The notes under the pieces are model-generated. The model saw only the letters and a list, made by a program, of their open reading frames with translations. It was not told the origin of the DNA and searched no databases. Both the position numbers and the translations under genes were made by a program. A DNA stretch of 64,000 nucleotides from Lingula anatina (lineage: Eukaryota; Animalia; Brachiopoda): NCBI GenBank assembly GCA_051362555.1, contig CM120640.1, positions 58,754,788-58,818,787 of the forward strand, in the 5' to 3' direction. Shown piece by piece: positions 1-12,500 of the stretch; position 1 is the stretch's first letter; each line of letters opens with the position of its first letter.

Positions 1-99
1 GACGAGAACTCTCCATATTTTAACCTCGCTTGTGATACCACAGAAGCCCATGTACACTCATGTCGAGGCCTGCGTATAATCCTTATGGAGGGAATCGCG

Positions 100-126
100 A
101 TGGAGAACGGGGTTCGTCTATCAAAG
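100..126 (+). CDS. MORC3: MORC exon 1 (MENGVRLSK)
   Basis: ATG...AAG|gtaaat; conserved in the duplicate at 46220-46246; resembles the vertebrate MORC3 N-terminal GIRLS. Confidence 0.75.
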
Positions 127-3100
127 GTAAATGTTGCGTTTTCCTTTCACACAATGTATGCATGAATTTTGTTTGCAAGAAAATACACTGGTTATTAACA
201 TTTTAAAAAAGGACAATTTTAAACCAAGAAGAATGAAATAAATTCGGATATCGAGGAAATAATGAACAAAAATGAACACCCTGTTGTAATTTCAATCAAT
301 ATAGAAGTAGTTAGAAATAGTAGTAGTAAACATTGTGTCAATCATTATCTAATTTATTCTGTCGGTGAATAGCTACTCAGGAAATGTTTGTACTTTCATT
401 CTTTCCGACATTAAATAAACTTTATTTTATTGTATTGTATTGTAACATTGCTACTACATGTACTAGCTGTCAAGACTCAAGTGTCATCTTGTTTGGTTGT
501 CTTCACCAAATCTGTGCATCGATGGTGCATAGTCATATCAGCATAGTTTCAAGCAGGACATTATCATGACGACGTTCTCTTTAGAGTCTAGCAGGTTCTT
601 TTAGTATATATTGTATATAAAATATACAATATATCCAAAGCCATTTATATGCATGTGATACTGGTAAATAGCAAAAAAACTACTTATTTTTCCCAATATA
701 GATTTTATAAGTGATATTACCCCTCAAATGTAAGTGCTTGATGTTGATATTTCCTTGTGAAATATGAGGAAGACATGATTCATTTAGAAACAAGACATAA
801 TATTTGTAATGGTGAGAGCGTTGAATCCAAGTGCTCAGATTTATCAGAAGGAGAAAATTGTTTATTTTTCTCAAAGAAAAATACATTTGGTGCAAAAATC
901 ATCCATAGAATACCTTTAATACATGTATTACGGTGATGGCATGAAATTAAACCTGTAAATAATTGATAATCCTCTTTTTGTTTATTCATTTGATAAGGTA
1001 TCTTATTCCTAAATATAAAGTCTAATCAAGTTTTTTTGTGACAAAATAATGATAGGGTTGTGATTGATGATGAATTCATGACTTTATATGTAGTATATTT
1101 ACCCCCTCCCCCCCACATCAATACTTCTCTACATGATAGATTCACCCTGGTAAAAACGTGACATTCAACACCTTTTTCAGAATAACCTTTCTGGGACCCA
1201 AAAGTGCCAAAAAGATTTCAATTATCATTATAAAACAACTCAGCAGATAGGACCTAAGATCAATTTTTAATTTTATTTTGATGAGAGGGAGTAATGGTGG
1301 GCATGGGGAAGTATAATGAAAGAAGTGCCCATTGGTGCATGTGATATCATAATTTTACTAGAGGAAGTAATGATGTGGGGAATGATGATGTGGTGGGGCA
1401 AAGATGTGACCCTGTTCAATATATCATATTTAAAACAGCTTCACATCATATGATTTGGGGGGATAAACAATAAGATAAACCTATGCCAATTCCATTTTGT
1501 TCATTGTTTCAGACAAGCCCAAGTTTTTTACATGCAAACTCCACAAGCCACACCTGGATATTTTCAGCTATAGCTGAGCTTATAGGTACACTGAATAAGA
1601 GAATTAATGCAAAATTATTTACTGTAATACAGTCACAATGTTTGAATAAAGTTTACTTGTGTGTTTTGTGTGTCAAATCCATTTTAAAATAGAAAGTTGC
1701 TGATTTGAAAAACAGTATAAGTGCCATCTAATATGTTTGTTGTGTGGAGTCTTATTTAAGCTGCCAAAGAAAATCGGAAGCAAAAGATTACATTGGTTTT
1801 CAATGCCATAAGTTTAGAATTGCAACATGTAATTAAAATCCCCCATGAAATGAATTTGTCATCTTCTATTCGTAGATAATGCTTATGATCCAGACTGCAA
1901 TGCCTCACAGTTGCGGATAGACAAGAGAATAATAAGCCAAAAAGACTGCCTCATTTTTACTGACAATGGAAATGGCATGAATCCTGACAAATTACACAAA
2001 ATGCTTTCGTGCGTATTTTCTTCTCTTGAATTGAGCTAATTTAGATTATCACTTTGTGTAGTGTTTAAACACCCTGGGAAAACTAAATGTTCACACAGGT
2101 CTAAAATGCATAACATAAATTGATTCTAACAAGTAAAGTCTTTTATAACCTTGTTAGATTTTATGGAAATTTTCAAATAACATTTTCCTTTATTAATAAG
2201 TCTTTTTCCTTCTCTTATATTTAGATTTGGTTTTTGTGAGAAAGTAGAAATCAATGGCCACAAACCTGTAGGTCATTATGGCAATGGTTTCAAGTCGGGC
2301 AGCATGAGACTGGGTAGAGATGCCATTGTCTTCACCAAACAAGAGGACACTATTAGTGTTGGCTTTCTCTCCCAAACATTTCTGGAAATGACCAATGCAG
2401 AAACTGTGCTGACACCAATAGTAACATGGGATTCTAAAAGTCGTAAGACTGCTGAGAGCTTTTGAACTAAGTTTAATGAGTACTCTAAAAACTTACTGAA
2501 TTCACTGAATTTCAACATCCACTCAGACTCTTGTTGGTAACCATTTACACTTCAAAAAGCAATAGCTTTGTGATGAATCCTGATTCTGCAGTTACAATTT
2601 TAACATGATTTTTATGTACAGACACAGATGTGTCTGTACATATTGCCATCGCCTGCGTCTGTCGTCGCCGTCGCCGATGGCGATGCCGATGCCGATGCCG
2701 TCGCCGTGCACTTTCACCGTAAACACGATAAGTGGAAAACAGTTTTACTTTTTGGTTTTATATTAACAGAGCTGATGAATATTCATAAAACGCAGGTCAA
2801 GTTCGAAAATCAGCATGATCGGGCCATTATAGTAGAAGTTATGCTGTTTTTTTACTTTTCAGCATATATGCAACCTTGTAAACACATTTTAAGGAAAACC
2901 GTTAGGCCTGTTGTCATGAAACTCACTGGAGTAATCAATCTTCTTAAAGCGCAGGTCAAGTTCGAAAATCGGCATGATCGGGCCACTATTTTAGTAGTTG
3001 TGTTGTTTTTTTTCATTTTTCAGCATATATGCAACACTGTAAACACAATATAAGAAAAACAGAGAGACCCATTGTCATTAAACTCACAGGAATGGTCAAT

Positions 3101-6100
3101 CTTACTAAAACGCAGATTGAGTTCGAAAATCAGCATAATCGGGGCATTATTTTAGAAGTGAAGCTGTTTTTTTCGCATTTCCTCAGATTCAATTCTTAGG
3201 CATGTTAATAGCTTTATTATTTAAGTAATAAGATACGTAAAAGTGTTTGTTTGACATTTCCTGCATCTTTACAATATTTTCAGTTGATTTTGTAAAAATT
3301 ATGGTAAACTTGTTATTGTGTTTTGTGTAATAAAGTGTCAAGAATGGAAATAAACTCATATCATTGCAGTTTGTCAGATTCAGTCATCCACTATGTTCAG
3401 AATCTAAGAATGGAGGAAATTGGACATTTAACACTGTTCTATTGATATTTTTCCCATCTCATCTATTTTCTTAGTTGATCATATAAAAATTGCAGTACAC
3501 TGTTTATTTTGTTTTATGTTTAGAAAGTGTTAAATATGGAAATAAACCCATGTCAGAACAGTGCTGTCTTGTTTTATTATACTGTGGGTGAAGAGGTTAA
3601 CAGAAAAGCCAGAACTCTCTTGGGAAGATTCTATAAGCTCTCATCAAGAGGTTTCCCACTATCCCCAGTTCATTTGACTAATGAGATGCAGTGACCTAGA
3701 AATGTGCAACTAGAGACTGTTGCTAAGGGTGGAAAGGTTAACAGAAAAGCCAGATCTCCCTTAGGAAGATTCTAAGCTCTCATCAGGAGGTTTCCCACAA
3801 TCCCCAGTTCATTTGACTAATGAGATGCAGTGACCTAGAAATGTGCAACTAGAGACATTGTGAAGGAGGCCATAGGTTTACAGAAGAAGCTTGGTAAGTT
3901 GTTAATTTTAGTTTAATGTTAGTTTTTAAGAGGAGTTATTTATACTGCTATTGCAAAACAATTAAAGAGCAAAAATAAAGCTAATTAATAAATCCTAATT
4001 AACAGTTGAAAAGATCATACATACATAACATTAGACACTGAAGATGTTTATGTCAAATCTGTATCCTAAAGCTCTATAGTATTTAAAACTGTGCATAACT
4101 TTTAGAGATGTGCATCAACAATATTCACGACTAAAGAAAGTTAAGAATAGCTATGTGAAAAATCTCATTAAATGGCAATGGTGTCTTGCTTGCCTGAATT
4201 GATGCCACATTTCTTTATTGGGGAAATTTGCCTTTCATTGATTCACAGGATAATGCATTTGTTTTATGGTGTTTAACAGCATGTGTACTTTGCTCCAAAA
4301 GGGGGTCAAGGTTTATCCTGTGTTACAGTACTAGTAAGTACTAATATTACTGGTGATATTTTAATATACTTGTAGAAACCATAGTTTCTTCTCAACATTG
4401 TGGCTGATAAAAAGTGAAGGAGTATGTTTGTGATGGGTCCATAGCAATAGTCCGAAGAATCATTGGTCTGAATGTTCACTAAAGAACCTTCGGACCAATG
4501 AGCCCTTGATTAAAAGATCGGCAAAAATGTTACCACTTTTCGGACCAATGAACCTTCGGACTATCGAGATGCCCCCTTTGTGATATAAAGAGAATCAATG
4601 CTAGATTTAATCATTTTAAGTTGAATTTGTATAATATTATATTTCTTCCAGCTCACAGTTGAAGTTAGAAGCAATTCAGTTGAAGCTTCACAGAATAATA
4701 AGTGTGGCAAGTATTGTTTGTTTTAAATCATTAGCATTTAAGTCTCACGATCATCAAAATACCAGAATTATGCATTTGATGTAGATAGCTAAGTACTAGA
4801 ATTCAAGTATATAGAAAAGGTAATACTTGAACATCTAGGCAGCTACTAAATTGCAGGAAGTATGTGGGTTGGTTATTGAAGCAACAGAATAGATGGACCA
4901 CTGACAAGCAGATCTGTCCACTAAATATGTTAAATTCCTTAAAGGTCTTCTTGCCCCCACACATGCCACAACTGCAGGGGCCTAATAATTAAACCTTGCA
5001 TGAGGTTAAATCCATTTAAGGGCGCATGTGGAGGATGTAAGACCTTCTGGATTCAGCGCTATCATTTTTAAAGTAGGGTCAGCCCTATTTAGTTGGCAGA
5101 TCTGCTAGTTGGCGGATCATCTTGTTTTAAATGGGACCTACAGAATATATTAATTTACATTGCACCATATATTTCAATATCGTTTATATCTCAACTGTTT
5201 ATTTTTTATTTTTGACTCTTTTGATCATATTCTGTTCATTTTACCTCTGTAAAATCTACTAAACATTTTTTTATGGATTTTAGACTGTAAATAAATATTA
5301 TTATTATTATTTATTATTATTATTATATGCTATATATATTTTGAGTAACCATAGTTTCTTCTCAACAATGTGGAGCTTATCAAAAGTAAAGGAATATGTT
5401 TGTGATATTAAGAGCATCAATGCTAGATTAAATAATAGTCAGTTGAGTTTATATAATATTCTATTTCTTCCAGATCCCAGTTGAAGTTACTCAGTCAGTT
5501 ACCCTCTCAGTCAATTGCACCTTGTCAGGATAATTAGTGTGGCAATAGTATGTAAGTATTGTTTTAGATACTTGTCATTTAGTCTCAAGATCATCTACGT
5601 ACCAGCAGTGTGCACTTTATATAGATAGCTACTAGCAGACAAGAACATACCAAGGAAATACTTTTAGATTGGTAGATACTTTATTGTTGGCAATATGTGG
5701 GTTGGTTATTGAAGCAACAGAATAGAGGGACCACTGACAAGCAGATCCATCCACTAAATAATTTTTACCCCACTTCAAAAACCATGCCATTTATTCTTTA
5801 ACGGTCTTCTTGCCCCTACACACGCCACAACTGCATGGCCCGATGGGCCTTATAATTAAACCTGGACACATGGTTAAATCCTTTTAAGGGCACATGTGGA
5901 GGATGTGAGACCTTTGGGATTCAGCACTATCATTTTTAAAGTGGGGTCAGCCCTATTTAGTTGGCAGATCTGCTAATTGGCAGATCATCTTGCTTTGAAT
6001 GGGACCTGCAGTATATATTTATTTACATTGCACCATATATTTCAATATCTTTATATCTTTACCAGCTATTTTTTTATTATTGACTCTATTAATCATGTTC

Positions 6101-6164
6101 TGTTCATTTAACCTCTGTAAAATCTACTGAACATATTATATATGGATTTTAGACTGTAAATAAA

Positions 6165-6205
<41 letters not shown>

Positions 6206-6207
6206 GG

Positions 6208-6247
<40 letters not shown>

Positions 6248-9200
6248 GTTTGTGATATAAAGAGCATCAATGCTAGATTTAAATAATAGTCAATTGAGTT
6301 TATATAATATTCTATTTCTTCCAGATCCCAGTTGAAGTTACTCAGTCAGTTAGTTACCCACTTAGTCAATTGCACCTTGTCAGGATAATTAGTGTGGCAA
6401 TAGTATGTAAGTATTGTTTTAGATACTTGTCATTTAAGTCTCAAGATCATCTACGTACCAGCAGTGTGCACTTTATATAGATAGCTACTAGCAGACAAGA
6501 ACATACTAAGGAAATACTTTTAGATTGGTAGATACTTTATTGTTGGCAATATGTGGGTTGGTTATTGAAGCAACAGAATAGAGGGACCACTGACAAGCAG
6601 ATTCGTCCACTAAATAATTTTAACCCCACTTCAATAACCATGCCATTTATTCCTTAACGGTCTTTTTGCCCCCACACATGCCACAACTGCAGGGGCCTAA
6701 TAATTAAACCCTGCATGAATTTAAATCCATTTAAGGGCGCATGTTGAGGATGTGAGACCTTCTGGATTCAGCGCTATCATTTTTAAAGTAGGGTCAGCCC
6801 TATTTAGTTGGCAGATCTGCTAGTTGGCGGATCATCTTGTTTTAAATGGGACCTACAGAATATATTAATTTACATTGCACCATATATTTCAATATCGTTT
6901 ATATCTCAACTGTTTATTTTTTATTTTTGACTCTTTAGATCATATTCTGTTCATTTTACCTCTGTAAAATCTACTAAACATTTTATATATGGATTTTAGA
7001 CTGTAAATAATAATAATAATAATAATTATTATTATTATTATTTTTATATGCTATATATTTTTTGAGTAACCATAGTTTCTTCTCAACAATGTGGAGCTTA
7101 TCAAAAGTAAAGGAATATGTTTCAGATATTAAGAGCATCAGTGCTAGATTAAATAATAGTCAGTTGAGTTTATATAACATTCTATTTCTTCCAGTTCCCA
7201 GTTGAAGTTACTCAGTCAGTCAGTTACCCACTTAGTCAATTGCACCTTGTCAGGATAATTAGTGTGGCAATAGAATGTAAGTATTGTTTTAGATACTTGT
7301 CATTTAAGTCTCAAGATCATCTAAGTACCAGCAGTGTGCACTTAATATTGATATCTACTAGCAGACAAGTACATACCAAGGCAGTATTTTTAGATAGGTA
7401 GATACTTAATTGTTGGCAATATGTGGGTTCGTTATTTTGAAACATCAAGCCTTTATGGCAATTTTTATTACTTAAATATAATACTGTTGTATACTTTCCT
7501 GAAATCTGAAATGTCAGTATCCACTGATTGGTTTCTCCAAATATGAGAAAAGGCTCAAAAAAGTTTGCACCATTTTTGTTCATGATTGATTGTTCACATT
7601 TGAAGGTTGCTTTTGAATACATAACAGACCCTTAATTAGTCCATCTGTCTAAAACGTGCAATTTACAGGTGTTTGGTTCAGAAATGAGGACCAGATTAGT
7701 GTTGGGCTGAATTAACTTGTCACCCAGAGCATCAATGAGCATATTGAACACTGTTGTGCTAAGAGTATCACCTACAGAGTATCACCTAGATCCCTACAGA
7801 GGGAATGAGTTACTAGTAGCAGCCCTTTTATTAATGAAAATATCCTTTTAATTTAGTGCGCATTTACTTCATAGTATGATTGTTAAAGGTAACCATCAAT
7901 ACCACACTTTAGCATCTTACACCCCATTTCCATAGATTAGATCGACCTACTTTGGATCGACCTAACTCCCTGGGGGTTCGCGCTGAATAGCTGTCAGCCG
8001 GGCGGACACGAAAGTTAATTGCCCCTTATGGCTTGTAGTGGGCGGGGACGGACACTTAAGGGGGATTATCTGACGTTAGTCTGGTGAGACTCCCCGCGGT
8101 GATAGATCGATCTAAAGTTGTGGGAATAGACCCTTATAGATGAGACCAGTTCTTTTTCCCTCTCCATATAAAAAGGTACTGTTTGGTTAATAAATGGATT
8201 AAGCTTCCAAGCAGAGACTCCCCAGCATTTATCCAAGTCAGCTAAAGATAACTTATTATGAATATTCCCTTTGAACATTAATTACTTTGTTTACGTTCAT
8301 CATTAGGAGATCAACAATTTGAATATTTCTTAATGGATGGATCAATTAAATGTTTATTTAATAACCCATACAAGTAGCTTTTTTGGTAACTGGTCTTCAC
8401 CTTTTATAACTTCTGTGTAGCAATCTTAGAATTTTTTTTCAACTGCTGTCACTTTATCCTTGTTTTACTTTTCACATGTCTCAATGTGCAAATTGCGACT
8501 GCTGATATTTTTATCTTTTGACTAAAGTAATAAGTACAAGTTTACATTTATCAAATGTACCAAGTTCCTTTATCCATGTTTTGTTCTTTAATATACCTGT
8601 TCGGGAGGCCGATAGCAATTAGGTTGTATGAGGGTTGATTGATAAGTAGTTAGCCTCATATAGAAGGGGTACACATTTTACAAGTATTTTTGTTTATTTC
8701 TCAACATACTCTCTTTGAGTATCTATACACTTTTGCCAGTGAGTTTTGAGAGACTGTATGCCACTTTCATAGAAGCCCTTCCCTTGGACATTCAGAAACC
8801 CCTCCACTTCACGTATGATGTCATCATCTGACACAAAGTGAGTACCTGAAATGGCCTTACTCAATTTGGGAAATAGATAATAGTCAGAGGAAGCAAGATC
8901 AGGATGTTGGTGTATGTTCTATCAGTTCAAAGCCACACTCGTTGATTGCAGCCATGGCAATGACAGACTTGTGAGCAGGGGCATTTCACAAAAATCACTT
9001 GCCTTGCTTATTTGAGAGTGCTTCCTCGTCGACATAAACTAATCAAATGACACCAAACTTTGGCTACACACCTTTAAATAGTCAGGAAATAGAAGGGCTG
9101 AAAAGGGATATCGCTGCTTAACCCCTTCCACACGAGGCTCGCTACTTACTACAACCCTTGTAATTTAGTTACCTTGTAAAAAATCCATCCAGGTATTATT

Positions 9201-9550
9201 TACAGATATTCTGTATATAATGAAGTGTTATATATCATTGCACTTCTTTTTCAGTAGCTGTAGCTTACTAATTTCACTTGTTTCCTGACAACTTGATTAT
9301 AACAAATCAATTCATATTTAAAAAGAGTAGCTTAAAGCAGGTCTGAACATGTTCCAAAAGTCCTATTTTCTTCTGAAGTCTTTTCTTTTTCCATTTGACC
9401 TTAATAACTAAACAAACCTTAAATAATAGTTTTTTTTTTTTTAGCATACCTGATGCCCTTAATTTACATTTCTGAGCTTTGGCATCTTAAGACAAATAAT
9501 ACTACCAGACTCAATATAAACCAGCTCGGTGCTGGAAGTAGAAACTGGGC

Positions 9551-9583
<33 letters not shown>

Positions 9584-12500
9584 GTGTAGTTATGTAATCT
9601 GTAATGACAGTAATATGATGGGCACAACAAATATTATGCTTTGCAAGGAATCCAATATTATATTATTCTGACTCTATTAAAATGGAATAAAACATTGTAT
9701 GTAAGGCACCGTTCTAATTAAAAATCCAAATTCCAAAAATCCAAAAATCCATTGACGGTATCTAGTATTCATGGTCTGTGTCCTGAGTACCCCGTGTTAT
9801 AATTAACTAGCATTTTGTAAAACAACACCAAAAGGCATATGTGAATACATTCTTCTATCTGCTTTCTCTGCTGTATATAAATGGGACTGATAAATTTTAG
9901 TAGGTTAGATAAGTAATCCAAATTAACCATCAATTTAAATGAGATAGTTTAAGGCTATTTTATTGTTGATGAAGTGATTAAATTGTTTTGTTCATTGGCA
10001 TGTCAACTTCATTTTTGTTATACAAGTAACTAGTAGAGGTAGATTACATGTACATGTATTACTGGGGATTCGCACTCCATCGGCATGTACCTTTAATTAC
10101 AGAAACAACACATCAGTAAATAATGTTTTTGTTTGATAATGTTTTATTTTCGGTGCACTTGTTAGTCTTGGTAGTTTGTTAAGGGCCTCTTAAGCAGTTG
10201 CACTCGAAAGAAACTGTTTACAACTCTCTTAGTTTCTATTATGGTTTGCCAATAAATATGTATTTTTTCATATTTCTAGATGCCTAGGTTGAAAAAACAA
10301 AGCATGGTCCAAAGAAGGGCACATCAGAAGAAGATGATCAAGAAAAGTCGCAAGAGGGTGACTAAGGATGCCACGTCTACTATTGTGCCTGCTTCGGCAG
10401 GCACGCCCACCTCGGTGGGCTCTGTGAAAAACTGTGAAATTACTGATAGAAGCAGTGAAATTACTGATATTACTGATAGAAGCAGTGAAATTACTGATAG
10501 ACGCAGTGAAATTACTGATAGAAGCAGTGAAAATACTGAAAAAAGCAATGAAATTACTGAAAATACTGAGATTACACAAATTACTGAAAAAAACAGTGAA
10601 ATTACTGAAAACACTGAAAAAAGTGAAAATAATGCAGTTATTGAAAACACTGAATTTCCTGAACACACTGACATTCCCATTGCTTCAGATGTTACTGTTC
10701 ATGCAGCTTATACAGATGCTTCAGACAAGACAGATGCTACAGTTGACACAGCCTATCCTGTCAGTTTGAGTGCCACTGATGCCCCTGGTCATTCAAGTAA
10801 GTCTATAATATATTCAGACCATTTTTCACCATCAGATAAGTCTGTAAAATCTAACATGCCAGTCAACCCAAAGCTATCATCGGTACCCCACAAATTAAAG
10901 AAAGAATCAGTAGTTTTTCCTGAAATTCAAAAAAATGAACCCAATATGGTTACATTAAAAACATCCTTAAAACCTGTGGAAAAAAGTGTTCAATATTCAA
11001 AAGTGGGTTCAATGAAGAAGGTACCATTAACAAAACACACTGGTAATACCATTACCTCTGATTCTATTTCATCCATTTTTGATAAAACAAATTTGCACAA
11101 ACCCCATTTAAAAAGACTACATGATGAAATGAAGAGGCAGTTAAAATGGACAGAAGACAAACAACAAAGCAAAATTGACGCAGTGAATAAAACTCTTTTG
11201 GATACCTCACTTACGGGAACCAGTAGCACTGACAGAAATATTTTGAAAAGAGAGAAAAATAAAATCAGGATGCAACTTCTTAGATCTGATCCACAGTACA
11301 GGAAAGCCGAACAAAATGCTCAGAGATTAAAACGTTCTCAGGTTGATGAAAAGAGCAAAATTCTAAAGCACAAACAGTTGAAAAGGTCTGATCCACAGTT
11401 CAGGAAGCGCGAACAAGAATCTCAGAGACTAAAACGCTCTCAGGTCGATGAGAAGAGGAAAATTTTAAAGTACAATCAGTTGAAAAGGTCTGATCCACAG
11501 TTCAGGAAGCGCGAACAAGAATCTCAGAGACTAAAACGCTCTCAGGTCGATGAGAAGAGCAAAATTTTAAAGTACAATCAGTTGAAAAGGTCTGATCCAC
11601 AGTTCAGGAAGTGCGAACAAGAATCTCAGAGACTAAAACGCTCTCAGGTCAATGAGAAGAGCAAAATTTTAAAGTACAATCGGTTGAAAAGGTCTGATCC
11701 ACAGTTCAGAAAGCACGAACAAGAATCTAAGAGACTAAAACGCTCTCAGGTCGATGAGAAGAGCAAAATTTTAAAGTACAATCAGTTGAAAAGGTCTGAT
11801 CCACAGTTCAGAAAGCGCGAACAAGAATCTCAGAGACTAAAACGTTCTCAGGTCGATGAGAAGAGCAAAATTTTAAAGCACAAACAGTTGAAAAGGGCAG
11901 ATCCACAGTATAGGAAAAAGGAACAAGAATCTCAGCGACTAAAACGCTCTCAGTCTGATATGAAGACCAAAATTCTGAAGCACAAGCACTTGAAAAGGTC
12001 TGATCCTTATTACAAAGTAACTGAGAGAAGTAATAAAAGGTTAAAAAGATCTGATCCCGAATTCAGAAAACATGAAAAAAAATCTGATTCATTTGCTAAA
12101 CGTAATAAGAGGCAGAAAATCAATACTAATCTTCAACAGTTAATACAACAATTCCACAAAAAAGTTGCTGAAGGTTGTATTTACACATGTTGTATATGTC
12201 AACAACTTTGGTACAGGCATACTGTGATAAATTCAGAGTCTATCATGAATTTAGAAAATAATGCAGTTAAACATTGCAAAGAAACTGGTGATTTATTTGA
12301 CAGTAATTGGATATGTTTAACATGCTCTTCTCATTTGAAAAAGAACAAAATTCCTCCATGCGCTATGGTGAATGGCCTGTCGTTTCCAGAAAAACCCAGC
12401 TTCTTGGATTTAAAACCTTTAGAGTGGAGATTAACTAGCCCAAGGTTAGTTTTCATGAAGCTTCAACAAGCTCCTCGTGGAAAACAATACAAATTAGAAG

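Noticed and set aside
2628-3053. 141-aa ORF with ADAD repeats
   Set aside because: Translation of the HINE-A microsatellite and internal repeats; not conserved as an ORF in other copies
7963-8017. Hammerhead-ribozyme-like arrangement (TAACTC...CTGAATA...GAAAGTTA)
   Set aside because: Core reads CUGAAUA rather than CUGANGA, stems I and II pair poorly, and it sits in a probable MITE
10268-10769. Overlapping alternative-frame and antisense ORFs
   Set aside because: Shadows of the coding minisatellite in the transposase ORF
11276-12091. TALE effector repeats
   Set aside because: Only the 34-aa length matches; there is no LTPxQVVAIAS-type consensus, and the unit is a 17-aa dimer
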